A stretch of DNA of 63,919 nucleotides, filler included, from Atractiella rhizophila (Eukaryota): assembly GCA_021432655.1 (NCBI GenBank). It is 4 parts of 3 records of this genome, joined end to end, with 100 filler letters (N's around TTAATTAATTAA, not from the genome) between each part and the next. Parts side by side here need not be neighbours in the genome. Positions count along the whole stretch, not along the records: positions 1 to 31,593 come from MU271694.1; 3 more parts are not named here. One strand, given 5' to 3'. The notes below the pieces were generated by a model, which saw nothing but the letters and a program-made list of their open reading frames with translations, ran no database searches and was not told where the DNA came from. A program made the position numbers and the translations under genes. The stretch's first letter is position 1. Each line of letters opens with the position of its first letter. Below, piece after piece: positions 1 through 12,580 of this stretch.

Positions 1-469
1 GAGATCTCGTCCTCCTCTATCACCTATGCGAAGCACAATGCCAAGCTGAACGGGATTGAGGACGTCGACTTCGTGCTCGGGAAGGCGGAGGAGATATTCT
101 CAGTCAGTCTCTTTCTATCTAGCTTGTGAACATGAATCCGAGGTCTGTTGAAAGAGCATCGACTTCCCTTCCGCCGATTCAGTGCTAATAATCGATCCTC
201 CAAGGAAAGGATGCGACTCCCTATTCCTCGATCAGGTCACAACATTCAAGCCTGAAACAATAGTTTATGTCAGTTGTAATGTTCATACGCAGGCAAGAGA
301 TGTCGGGTATCTGTTGGAAAAAGGTCAACAGAAAGGTTATGACTTGAGAATCGAGAGTTTGAGAGGCATGGATTTTTTTCCCCAGACGCACCACATCGAA
401 GGACTGTGTATCTTACGTCGTTTTCACAAAGACAAAGAGAACTTGGTAGAGGTGACAATGGAAACCTGA
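1..469 (+). CDS. TRM2: tRNA (uracil-54-C5)-methyltransferase, 3' part (truncated by window start)
   Basis: Translation AKHNAKLNGIEDVDFVLGKAE, an intron, then IIDPPRKGC...IVYVSCNVHTQARD...DFFPQTHHIE: the TrmA/RumA/Trm2 C-terminal motifs including the catalytic Cys (YVSCN). Confidence 0.9.
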
Positions 470-560
470 TCTGACTTGTGTTCTTACATTGCACCGCTTC
501 AATTGTAACCAATACCCTCATTTCTCACACTCATGCAACTACAAATCTCCTAGGACAAGC

Positions 561-2644
561 TCAGCTCTCCCCTCTCCTGAATCTCTCCTCCATTTCTAAT
601 GCTTTAGCTAGCCCGTCTGCCGCTCTTCGGACGTCCTCGAAATTGTTGTACAAAGGCACAGGAGCTAGACGAATGACGTCCGGTGCGCGTTCATCTCCCA
701 CAATGCCCCATTCCGAAAGGATCTGTTGGACGCGTTCCATCACCCCTGAATTACGAGGAAGAAATAGGAGCGACAGCTGGCACCCCCGCTGTGAGACTTG
801 GGAAGGAGTGATGATGGTAAATTTGGGAGGGATGGACGCCGTCTCCTCCCTCTGTCGAGCTAGCTCCTCCTCCGTCTCATCCTCGCTAAGTTCGGAGCAA
901 CCGGGGAACTTGAGTTCTGCATCTGTCGGAGTGAGGTAAAACCGGGACCCCTTCAGCAAAGCTTCCAAATAACCCGTCAGCTGTTCACTCCTTTCCCGAA
1001 GAAATCTCATCGGGCCGTTGGCACTGCCATTCCTGGATGGACCCGATGAGGTATTGCCATCCGCAACTGCGGCTGCTAATGCCACAGCAGCGGTCTCGCC
1101 AGCTTCTTGGAAAAGGAGGAGGGACGAATAGAGCGGGATGAGTGCGAGGACAGACGGGTTGGACATTTGAAAGGACGCGGCACCGGGAATGGGGTCGTAG
1201 AGACGAGGCATCTGGAAACGGGTAGCCGTGTTGTGACCCCACCAGCCTCCCAACCTGTGGACATTTGAAAATGCAGTTCAGTGTTCGATGAGAAGGACTA
1301 ACCGAGGGCGACTTAAGGGATCTTTGTGATCCGAGTGGACAAAGATGCCCGCGATGGCACCAGGGCCACTGTTGAGGTATTTGTAGGTGCACCATGCGGC
1401 AAAGTCGACATCCCATTTATGAAGTTGAAGGGGAACGTTGCCTATTGCGTGCGCCAGATCCCAACCGACGATACATCCCTATGATATCATAAAACTTCAT
1501 CCTGAGCATCAAACAGGGATCCTACATACCTTTGACTTTGCACGCTTAGTGATTTTTTCCATCTCAAAGAATTGTCCGGTGTAGAACTGCACTCCGCTAA
1601 ACATAACCAGCGCAATCTCCTCACCCATCGCATCCAGAATGTCCATAATGTCCTCTGTCCGCAGGTTGAACTCGCCCCTGCGAGGATAGACGGGTATGAG
1701 CGCGACTTCCGGATCGAGGCCATGAATAACGTTTACATGCGTATGTAGGGCATACTCGTCTGAAGGGAAAGCCTTGCCTTCAAAGAGAATCTTGATGCGT
1801 CCTGTTTCATAGTTCGGCTTGTAAAAGGAGGCGAGGAGAAAATGTAAGTTGGCCGTTAACGTCCCCATTACTGCAATTTCAGACACATTGGCAGCCCCTA
1901 TCTTGACCTTCCATCACGCCCATCCTTCCCTCGAAGAGTCGAGCGAGACGCACCAACTAGCTCTGCGAGTTGGGGTAAGCAGATTTGCTCGATCGATTTC
2001 CATGGGCGATCCTCTGGGTGGTCAAAGTGGCCTAAGACTGCTCTATTTTGCTTTTCAGGCAAGGAGAATCTGGAAGAGAGATAGATGCGAACCGATCAGC
2101 CCAGACGGAAAGCTCCTGCTGTACCAACGAAGGTGTCTGTTTTGGCATCAGTCCCAGGGAGTTCCCACACAGATAAGTGCACGGCTGATTGGCTACAATT
2201 GGTTCATTCAGCGTTAGGCATCCATCAATCGGCTACACTCCAGACGATAACAGCGATGATTATTTGAACAGGAAAGATCCCAAGGCACACTTTTTAAATC
2301 TAGTGGGGAAAAGAAAGCACAAAGCAAACAAGTGCTTCCCAGTCTCCGAGTGTTATAATAACCATCTGTGATCCATCTATCGCAGAGAAGTGACACGCCA
2401 AGGCAATTTCGTCGCAGGAGCTTAAGCTCGATTTCTTCTCTTCCCACACAGAGAACGTCTAGAACAACATACCATCTACGGTGGAAACTCCTCCCATCCT
2501 ACCTCTGGTGGGAAAAGCGAACTCATCACGAAATTTCTTGAAAACATCGTCCATGTTGTCCATCCACTTTGAAAACCTGGAGTCGAGAAGGGAAGGCGCG
2601 CCGGACGCTGAGAGTTGACGGGCAAAAGTAGTTGTTGGAGACAT
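561..2644 (-). CDS. BNA5: Kynureninase (PLP-dependent), multi-exon
   Basis: Exons give [102 protein letters not shown] and [17 protein letters not shown]. Start at MSPTTT (2644) is inferred. Confidence 0.93.
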
Positions 2645-2830
2645 GTCTACGTTCTGCTCTGCGTGCTGGCACTTGCTGGAGAGCTGCGAGATGAAGAGCC
2701 GATGCTGGTTGTTGTGAGCGATCAGTGGGATGCCATGATGCAAGTTTGCTGTTGATTGGCACTTCTTCCCGACACCAAAAAATTTCGACCAACACCTTGA
2801 CCAACATCAGAGACGCTTTGTGAGGCTAAG
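2645..2830. promoter_or_regulatory. Probable compact bidirectional promoter between BNA5 and RRP5
   Basis: Only ~186 bp separate the divergent start codons. No specific motif identified. Confidence 0.4.
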
Positions 2831-5800
2831 ATGTCGCTGAAGAGGCCTGCATCTGTGCTTCAGACTCAGGAAGTTGACTTTCCGCGAGGTGGAGGGACGT
2901 CCCTTACCCAAGTCGAAGTGAAGCAGCTCCGCTTGGAAGGCAGGAAAGAAGCGGACGCAGTAAGTCTCATTAGCATCGTTCGCTTTACGGTTTTCTGAAC
3001 ATGAACGTTTTATAAGGCACTCACGAGACCAACGAAGAAACGAAAATATACCAACAAAAACGACGCTCTCCTCCTGGAAGGCGAGAAAAAAAAGGAGGCA
3101 CCGAATCCGAAGATTGCCCAACTCTCCTATGCTCGTCTGTCTCCCAACTCCCGGCTTCTTGTTCTTGTGACGCGGATCGAGCGCACCCGCCTACTCGTAT
3201 CGCTGCCTGGGAGGGAAATGCGTGGATTTGTGCCTCTAGATAGCGAGCAGGAGGGAGCCTGGTTCAAGGTTGGACAGGTTTGGCCTGCTACCGTGAAGGA
3301 CGTCTTGTCCGGGGAGAAGGAGAGAGACAGAGTTCACGTAGAGATTGGAGATGGGGAGATGTCAAAGGCGGATTTGGCGACTGGACAGGTATGCTCTACT
3401 ATTTACTTCTCTCCTGCCATCCACTCTAGCTGAATCAGACCTACTTAGATTGTAGTGGCAAGAGTAAAGAGCGTAGAAGACAAGGGATACGTTCTCTCTC
3501 TGCCTGCTCCGGAGGTTACGTCCTTCCTCCCCTTCTCTAGCCTCTCCTCCGATTCTACTCTCGTTGCCGATCAGCCCATACTTGTCACGATCACCTCCCC
3601 TCCAACGCGCAACTCCCGCACAGTTCCTACAACGCTGATTCACAAGTTTATGACCCAACCCCCAACTATCAGGTCTATCGTGCCACTCTCCCAAGTCAAT
3701 GCAACAATCACTGACGTGACGCCGCATGGAGTGAAAGTGAAGTTCGGCAAAGACCCCATCTGGAAAGGCACCGTCGAAGCTATCCATCTACAACACTCTA
3801 CGGAGAATTACAAAGAGGGCAAGAAAATCCAATTGCGCGTTCTGTACCCTATACCCGAACCGGAAGAGACGACATGGGCATTGAGTGAGCTACAAGGAGT
3901 GATGAAGCTCATGGCAGACAGGATGGATGGCCAGGAGGTGGGGAGTATGGTGCAAGCTGAGGTGGAGAGAGTGGAAAAAGAATGGGGAGTTTGGGTTTCT
4001 TTCGACAATGGAGAGAGGGGCTGGATCCACGTAAGTTTGGATTTCGTTCAATCCTTGTTAACGCGATAATGGATAGATTTCGCACTTATCTGACGAACGA
4101 CTGACAAATATCGAAAGAGACGGACCATTTGCTCTCCATTCCCAACACAAAGCTCGCATTCTCTCTTTTTCTCCTCTCGAAGGCTATCATTCGCTCACCC
4201 TCCGCCCATCCTTGCTCGCCATGCCGCACTTCTCCCTTTCCAGCGTTCAACCCGGGCAGAAACTGAAATGTACTGTGAAGCGTGTCACTCCAGGGGCCCT
4301 CTTCGTAGATTATGGGGGGAAGACCGACGGTGTCATATTCCCGAATCATTGGGCGGATGTAAAGGTGAAAGAGAAGGATATGGAAAAGAAGTGGGGGGTT
4401 GGGAAGACAGTCAAGGCGAGAGTATGGAGTGTGACGCAGGGCACCGAGAGGGTTGTTCTGACGCTCCGCAAAAGTTTAGTCGATTCTGAGGAAGGCTTGG
4501 AAGGCTTAGATAGAGGAACTATGAGAAAGGCGCTGGTGGTGAAGGCTGTAGAGGACAGAGGAATGTTGGTGGAGAGCTGGGGGGCGACAAAGATGTGGAT
4601 CAGCGCTAAAGACATGCCGTATGACCTCCTTCCCTAAGCTTTTTACATTAAAGTTGAGAGAATGACATAGCAAACCGCCCCATAGCAAACCGCCCTCTAC
4701 CTACGCGCCAGAATCAGTCGTTACCTCCTACATACTGACATCTGACCCTGTGACACACAAGATCACGGCTTCCTTACTACCACCTCCTCCAGAGCCACCT
4801 GCTCCGGGAACATCATTGACAGGTCGGTTGACAGCGACTCAGCCACCAAACGCAATCTTTTCTCTACCCGCTGTCCCTGGCTACACAGGCCTTTGCTCCC
4901 TCGCTGCCATCGGTCCAATTGTCACCGGAACAGAAGTCGAAGGTCTGATCGTCAGTGTCGTCAACGAGCAGAAGAGACTCATAGTGCTGCGTCCATCTAA
5001 GCATAGCGGTGGGCATACGAGGAAGGACGTAATTGAACCTGGAGCGAAAGTGCAAGTCAAGGTCCTTGGCTCATTTGCTGGTGGCTGGCGCATGCAAATT
5101 AACGGCGCAAGGATGATGAAAGCTTGGATGCATTGGTGTGAAGTCGATGATTACGATTTGCTGAACGATGGATTAGAGGGGGAGGCGACGGTGATAAAAG
5201 TGGAGGCGGGCGGTAGGGTGGAGCTTTCAATGCGTACGGCGGTGAATGGGGAGAAAGATGAGCGGATTGAGAGTGTTGCAAAATTAAAGGAGGGAGAGTG
5301 GAGGCGGGGCTTTGTCAAAGGCGTCGGTAGAGGGGGAGTTTTTGTTGCCCTTGGAAAAAGCGTGGATGCGCGTGTTCAGATCAAGGTGCGCATTCCAGAC
5401 ACAAGTTCCCTTGACTTGCATTCAGCAATCTGATTCTTTCCCCTATTCAGGAACTTGCGGACGAATTCATAAAAGAATGGATGGACAAGTTTCATATAGG
5501 GCAGCTAGTCCGGGGAAAGATTCTGAAGTCTGTTTCCTTTTTCCAGTCACGTGCATGTTAACAACCTCTGAAGGATCGATTCCGATTCAAAACGGGTTGA
5601 GATGACCTTCCGCACCCGCCCGGCCGCAAAAAAGAAGTCTGAGAAATCAATTTCTGACTATCAAGTCGGAGAAAAGGTTCGAGGAACGGTCAAACGGAAG
5701 GAACCCTATGGGTTGTTCATCAAGATCGATGGATCAAGACTCAGTGGACTCTGTCACAAATCTCAGGTCGGTCAATACCCTTATCAGGACACGGTGGCTT

Positions 5801-7151
5801 AGTTTCTGCTTGCAGGTGCCAGGCGAAGACCTGGACGCTTTTGACGAGGGAGATGAAGTACGAGCATCGATAACGAGTGTCGATGTGGAGAAAGGAAGAC
5901 TCGCTTTCAGCTTGTTAGAAGCGGAGGAGAGCACGGAAGAAGAAGAGAAGGAGGAAGCAGAGAATGAGGAGTCCACAGCCATGCAGGTGGACGTTGCCGA
6001 AACGGGAAGAGATGAAGAGGTGGTCGCACCACTCAAAGCTGGTGGTTTTAATTGGGGAGCAGATGAGTCTGATGGCGACCAAGATGATGCAGAGATGGCT
6101 CCTCTCGCTCAAGAGAACGAAGAGCATCTCGACACAGCTGTCACAGCAGAATCGTTTGAGAGTGAAATCGCTGCGACCCCACACTTGGCTGCTCCTTGGA
6201 TCAAGATGATATCGTTTCACGTTCAGTTGCACCAACTCGTACAAGCTCGGCAGGTCTGCCATCGAGCGTTGGCTGCTATTCCATTTCGTGAAGAAGAGGA
6301 AAAGCTCAAGATCTGGTTGGCATGGCTCAACGTTGAGAACTCGTATGGAACCGGTGAGACATGGGATGTCTGTTTAGGACAGGCGGAAGAGAAAAATGAA
6401 GCCAAACACCTCTGGTTGGGTGTGGTGAAGATTTTGGAACGTTCTGGAAAGCTTAACGTGCGTCATGTTCTGTTCCTTTGTTGCAGGGATGGTGACTCGC
6501 GCACAGCGAGAAGAAGAGATTTGGAAGAAGCTCTTCGCCAAGTACAAGACCAGCTCGAAGGTCTGGACGCTTTACGGACAACACCTGCTTAACCTCGCCA
6601 CTCCAGATAGCAAGGTCGAATTCCAATCGACACTTCCAAAATCCCTGAAGTCTCTCCCTAAACACAAACGTTTGTCCATTCCCAATCTGTGTTGCCGTAT
6701 TATTGAAGTTGTCCACGCAGACGTCAAAACTATCGTTGCCTTCGGACGAATGGAGTTCCTCTCTGGAGCTTCGGAGCGTGGTCGTACCATATTCGAAGGA
6801 GTGCTCGACAGTTTCCCTAAGCGTCTAGACGTATGGAAGGTATACCTTGATCTGGAGAAGAAGGTCGGAAACTTCGACGCAACCCGCAACTTGTTTGAGC
6901 GCGTCACGAAAGCCAAATGGAGCAGCAGTAAGGCATTTCTATTTTACGTACCCTAGACTAAGATTCATGTTCCTCGCCATCAGAAAAAAGCAAATTCTTG
7001 TTTAAGAGTTGGCTGGAATTTGAGAAGGAGCATGGGAATGAGAGGACTGTCGAACAAGTAAAGCAGAAAGCTGTGCGTTGTCCTTTCTGACAGACCGTGG
7101 CGCTGATTGAAGATTCCTTGTTAGGTCGACTATGTGCAAAATGTGTTATAA
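2831..7151 (+). CDS. RRP5: rRNA biogenesis protein Rrp5 (multiple S1 domains plus C-terminal HAT/TPR repeats), multi-exon
   Basis: N-terminal EVDFPRGGG motif; repeated S1-like segments (YGLFIKIDGSRLSGLCHKSQ, GGVFVALGKSVDARVQIK); C-terminal FREEEEKLKIWLAWLNVENSYG and ERGRTIFEGVLDSFPKRLDVW. Confidence 0.92.
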
Positions 7152-7500
7152 ATACATTGTATACTTGCTGATTTATGAAAGATGCAAGGCCTTGTCCACC
7201 CACGCCTTGTCACTACAACTCCATAGAGCCCTTTGCAAACGAGCTGGGAGAGTCCTTGTCCGATTTCCCATGCCATTCGGTTGTCATTTCCCGTCTGCTG
7301 AAAGCTGAAAGAGGTGAGTTGGTAATAATCCCGCTGTGTCGGGGGCGGTTGTAGTCAAGGCAGCACAAACTCCACAAAAACGACGAGCACACCTCTGGGC
7401 TTCAGATTTCTCTTCACTTGCACATTTCTTACTCCACAGAGCCCACGGTGGCCGTTCCCTCTCTTTCATTACTTTCCTTTCATCACAGAGTCTCGACGAC

Positions 7501-9323
7501 ATGCGTTTTATTTCCCTTCTCCCCTTCCTCGCCTACGCCGCACTCGCTCTCCCCCAAAACGTAGTTCCTACCGGAGACCTCTTGGGCTCGTCCAACTCCT
7601 CACCGGCGAAGAATGAATCCGTGTCTATTTCTGGCGCGAGGACCGTTGGTAGCGAGCCAGAGGAAAAAACAGTGGGTGTTGGAGCAAAGGTGTTCGGCTG
7701 GTGGAGGGTATTCGTTAAGCAGGAATGCTTGGATGACGATGTGTGCTTCTCAAAGGGTGTTGCTGCTTTGAACAAGGGAGAGAGAGCGGCAAAGAGGCTG
7801 AAGGATGTCACTGTAAGTTTCTCCCTGTGGATATGCAATTGAGGGGGTTGCGATGGGGCTGAAGTGGAATGGTATGAGGCTCGTGTGGTATTGCGGATGA
7901 CAGAATATTATTGTCGTCTTGGCTCCAGCTGTTCTTCAGGGCTGGATTGGCTCGACAGTCTACCGTGTTGCACGAAGTGTTCTTTGTTGAGAATCTGTTT
8001 TGCTGAATGCTCACGACACATGATGTTCGCAGTGTATTCCTTCAAGGTACACATGCGCGTCACCGCGGTGACATGCGAGGACCTCCATGCGAGATGTAGT
8101 CACGGGAGCAACCAACATTTTTATCACGGACAAAAGTACTGATGCTTCATACTGCTTTAGTCCATCGCATCTAGTGCCAAAGCAACCAAGACCTCTGGTA
8201 AAAAGGTTTCCAAGACTTCTTCTGCAAAAGCGGAAGCGACCACAAGTGTTCGAAAGAACAACGCTGCCGCTCTACATGGTGCCGCTCGCAAGCCACACTC
8301 AAAGACAAGGCGGCCATTACGACCCACCTCAACGACTATCTCTTCTTCCGAGTTGCCCCAACCAACCATTACCTCGTCCTCTAAGGTAGAAGAACCCACT
8401 TCAGTCGCCAAGACGACTACTTCCAAAGAGGATCCACCCTCGTCCTCAGCGGAGGCCGAGCCCACAACCTCCAGGGAAGAGGACCCTTCAACTACATCTA
8501 AATCAGCCCCCACCCCGTCTGCCGAGCCTGAGGAGCCGTCCACCTCGTCCTCTTCCACCCCAAAATCGGCACCTACGTCCGGTTCCGGCCTTTCCGGTCT
8601 TTCCGCTTTCGCGAAAGAGGCATTGAAAGGCCACAACGACTTTCGCGCCCAGTACGGGGCTGAGGCCCTCAGTTGGTCTGATGAACTTGAGGCTGCTGCT
8701 CAGAAATGGACAGATAGGTGTGTTTTCGAACACGGAGGTGGTGTCGCTCTCGGTGCTGGCGAGAAGTAAGTTCCATCGTTCGTGTGAGATTGATCGTTGA
8801 CTTCTTGACTATGCAGTATCGCAGCGGGGCAAAATAGTATCAGTAGCGCTATCAAGAATTGGGGCCGTGCGTCATCCACCTAGCATTTCGACGTCAGTGT
8901 ATCCGATTCCTAACCAATGTTGCTATAGCCGACGAAGCAGCGGACTATAACCCTAATGCTGTCGAAGCATCGCATTTCACTCAGGTATGCGTGTTTGATG
9001 TCGCTCTCTCTGTATTTTGCGTGGTAACCGCTCCCGGTAGATGGTTTGGAAAGCGACTACACAAGTTGGGTGTGCAGTCACCCAATGTGATTCTCTCGCC
9101 ATTTTTGGAGGAGGACCTGGAGCTCTTTACGCTTGCGAATATCTTACTGCGGTACGCTAACGTCAATGAAATCTTGCGTGAAGACTTGCTGAAAGATTTT
9201 TGGTGCAGGGTAACGTCTTCCCAGCAGAAAACTTCCTGCAAGTCATTCCTCATCGTTCATTTCAGCGTAGATCTAATAATGCACTTCGAGAACAGGAAAA
9301 ACGTTGGATCCTTCCAGGGTTAA
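7501..9323 (+). CDS. Secreted CAP/SCP (PR-1/Pry1-like) protein with Ser/Thr/Pro-rich linker
   Basis: Signal peptide MRFISLLPFLAYAALA; S/T/P/E-rich stalk; CAP motifs HNDFRAQYGAEALSWSDEL...CVFEH, HFTQ, VWKATTQVGCA, YACEY..GNV. The 5' exon structure was not fully resolved. Confidence 0.85.
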
Positions 9324-9957
9324 GAGCAAACTGATATCACACCCTCATCAACTGAGGATTCATGATACCCTATTCGGATGGAGCCAGTCTCCCTTGTTGT
9401 TTGTTGTAAGGTCGTTCGTGAACCAAATGGCACAGGCATGTCTTTGCTGTTTACTGCTGCCTCCGCAATGCTCTTGTCCCACTTGAGATCATCGATATAA
9501 TGTCGGACGCGTACGACCTAGACGCGTAGTTAGGACCTTTAACCCTTATATGCTTCTTATTCTCCCTCTTCTGTTCGCTTCAAGCTTCAGTTGAGATTCG
9601 TCGTGCCACATTGCCCAGTCTTTAGGAACATGAGCGCAATTCCCGGTTCCCTTCAACCGACACCCGCCCCCCTCCCTAACGAGTTAATTGAAGCTTGAAG
9701 TAGCGTCATGAGGGCGAACAGTCTGGTAGGTTAGCTTGATGGATGACCAGGTTGTGTCAGCATGAAAGTTATGCAGCGTCCGGACGCCGTTCTCCTGCCA
9801 TGATCTGGCCCGACATCATCAACTGAGTTCCTCGACATTCAGTTGTTTAGAATTTGAATCTTCATCCTTGTATTTTGATCTCCCTTCAGCTCGAGCAAGA
9901 GTGGTAGATAGATGCTGAAAGCCGAGTTTCGTAGTCGCGCAACGAAGCAACGCAAGC

Positions 9958-11634
9958 ATGATCTCATCCCTGTCTGTAGTTCTCCTCTCATCATGCATCC
10001 CAGCTCCTCAACACAGGTTTGTTCAGGATTCCCAGGAACGGGGGGCTACAGGGCTGATTAATGTCATGATGAGCCGACACAGCACTTTGCTCAGGCTCTC
10101 CATTCTGCCCTCTTTCCTATCTTACCTTGCTCCATCAGTTCACGTACTCTACTTCACACTCGTCTTGCCAGTTTCATTGCCCGAAGGGAATCTTCCAGTC
10201 ATGTCGACAACTTTGTTCTGTTTCTCAGTTGAACAACTTGGCAACGCAGTGAAAGCTGATGGTGTGCTGGGTCTTCGGCTGACCTGGGACCTGAAGCATA
10301 TCACACTGATTTTTGCTGAGGTCGATCGGGACCATCTGCCTTTACCTGCGGAGTCTTTCACTTGCACAGTTCCTCTGCCACCAGAAAACCGCTCTCAGGC
10401 AATCTTGGTCCCCCTCGCCGTGTACTCCGATGAAAAACGCTGCTTTGTCCCAGTCAAAGACAGTGACTCTCCATCCATCCAAACGCTTCAGCAGAGCGCT
10501 CCTACAACCATCCAACTCTCACTCTCCTTAACTCCGAAGGTTGAGCCATGTCACATCTCACGCCTCCCTGTCGAGCTCCTCTCTCTCATCTTTGATCTCC
10601 TGCCAGCCAGCCAAGTGGATTCTTTGGGATACCACAACGCTTCTGGGTTCCATCAACTATGTCAACTCTGGAGAGCTGTTTCACCCGGTTGTTCAGAGTA
10701 CCCCGGTGCTCGTCAGTGGAGAACGTTGTGGTTCACGGAAGGCATGAGTGCTAAAATGGTGAAAGAGATTACTATTGGGGCACCAAATATTACTAAAGTG
10801 TGGATGAAAGCGCTTTGGAATGAAAAAGAGACGGGGATGGTGTTGAATGCAATCGAAGGCTTGGAAAGGTTGGACGACATTACCTTTGGTGATCGGGGCC
10901 TTAGAAAGTGGAAGAAGGAAGAGGTAGACAGCTTCGCACTGAGGATGGGTGCGAGGATCAAAGGGTTCAGAGCTTATGAAGTGGATGACTCTCCCTGCTC
11001 TTGCTCTGTCCCTTTAGCACCAGGAGGCCTTCAACTACTACCAGGTTTAACATCCCTCATACTTCGAGAGTATCCCCCTCTGCAATCACTTTCTCTTCCG
11101 CACACCCTCCAAGTGCTGACTCTGTCCAATATGTGTCCCTTACCTCTATCCATCACAGCATCCCCTCTGCCACCTTTTCTAGAATACCTCGATATCACGC
11201 TGGCACCATTCTCTGCCGCTGGTCGTATCTCTATCTTACCAAGCCCATTTGACTTATCTCACCTCACACGGCTTACTGTGCTGATCCTCAATGGTGCCGA
11301 GGAAACTTCGAACTTGGTAATCCCTCAGGTTCTTAGTAGTCTCAAAAATGCAAAGGCAATAAAACGGATAGATATTAACTATTGCGTGGTTGACTGGCTG
11401 GAGGTTACAGACTTCATTCACTGGTTTTTCGGAGATCGCGGTGTAAAGAAGAATGGCACACCACAAGAGGCTGTATCTGAAGAGGAGAAAGAGGGCTACT
11501 TATGCATTCTCCTATTCTTTGGAGAGTGGAATATCCACACTATTGAGATTGCAAGGGATATAATGACAGAGTACGGGGATGGGGTGAATGGTGAAAATGA
11601 CTCGTGGATTTTGGAGTCTGGGGATGAGGATTGA
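9958..11634 (+). CDS. Intronless F-box protein with a leucine-rich (LRR/RNI-like) C-terminal half; true start possibly 10201
   Basis: 558-codon uninterrupted ORF with F-box-like HISRLPVELLSLIFDLL...LCQLWRAV, followed by LxxLxL repeats (LPGLTSLILREY, LQVLTLSN, LEYLDITL, LTRLTVLILNG). Confidence 0.65.
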   Translation: MISSLSVVLLSSCIPAPQHRFVQDSQERGATGLINVMMSRHSTLLRLSILPSFLSYLAPSVHVLYFTLVLPVSLPEGNLPVMSTTLFCFSVEQLGNAVKADGVLGLRLTWDLKHITLIFAEVDRDHLPLPAESFTCTVPLPPENRSQAILVPLAVYSDEKRCFVPVKDSDSPSIQTLQQSAPTTIQLSLSLTPKVEPCHISRLPVELLSLIFDLLPASQVDSLGYHNASGFHQLCQLWRAVSPGCSEYPGARQWRTLWFTEGMSAKMVKEITIGAPNITKVWMKALWNEKETGMVLNAIEGLERLDDITFGDRGLRKWKKEEVDSFALRMGARIKGFRAYEVDDSPCSCSVPLAPGGLQLLPGLTSLILREYPPLQSLSLPHTLQVLTLSNMCPLPLSITASPLPPFLEYLDITLAPFSAAGRISILPSPFDLSHLTRLTVLILNGAEETSNLVIPQVLSSLKNAKAIKRIDINYCVVDWLEVTDFIHWFFGDRGVKKNGTPQEAVSEEEKEGYLCILLFFGEWNIHTIEIARDIMTEYGDGVNGENDSWILESGDED

Positions 11635-12580
11635 TGGTCACTCAGATGATATTTAGTCTACATTTGTTACGGCAATCAAAGGGTTAATTTTGCTTGTATG
11701 GATTTTGCGTCAAGACACCCCGGGAGTCTCGAACATTTTGTTGAGTTCCAAACCTCCTCTTCCGTCTTGACCTTTTCTCTAATAGGGTGTGGGACGAGAA
11801 AGACGGTCAGGGACGGGAAGAGGAGTGGAGGGTGAGGGATGACGAAAAGCTAATATGGAGCACGGGCTCGCCATGTTCGGTTAGTGGAGAGCCCTAGTGA
11901 AACGGTACAGGTGGGATATGGGGCTGATATTCATGCATCAAAATACGGGAGGTTCGTATTCTTTAAGTCCTCATCCCTCGGCATGGCCTTTAACATGCTT
12001 ACTTGCCGCCAATAGTGGTCTTCCCAGTCTCGAGAAAGACCTACGCGAGGGACGGGTGGAACCTCAACAATCTCCCTATCCTACCAGGGTCCCTCCTGCG
12101 ATACATCTGACGTTTCTGGCATGGCTTTCCTTGGGTTTATGTTGGGATGCTCTTCTCCACCTTTGCGTGGCATAAGGAAGACCATTACACCTACTCGTGA
12201 GCTCACTCGCTTATGATTGGCGCCGTCACGGCGTACTGGATGGTTATCAAACCTTGCACCGTTAGTGACACTTAAGGCTGGATCTTTTCGACCTTCGATC
12301 TCATTGCGGCAAACAACATCCTCGAAGGAAACCAACAGCAAGACTCTAACGTCTTTGGTGCGTTGCGCGCGGCGAAAACCGAGTTGGGCCGACTATTCCA
12401 GCTTCTGGAGATGCTTGAAGCTGTTGCGAGAGCAGCGGCAACATCATTGGGAAATAAATGTTTTCGGAAGGACTGTGAACCAAGCTCGAAGAGCATCGGC
12501 AACGGAGCTTCTTCATTATTATCAGGTTACTTCGGTTCCTCCAACAATGACAAGAGTTTTAGAGAAAAAGGAGGCATATT

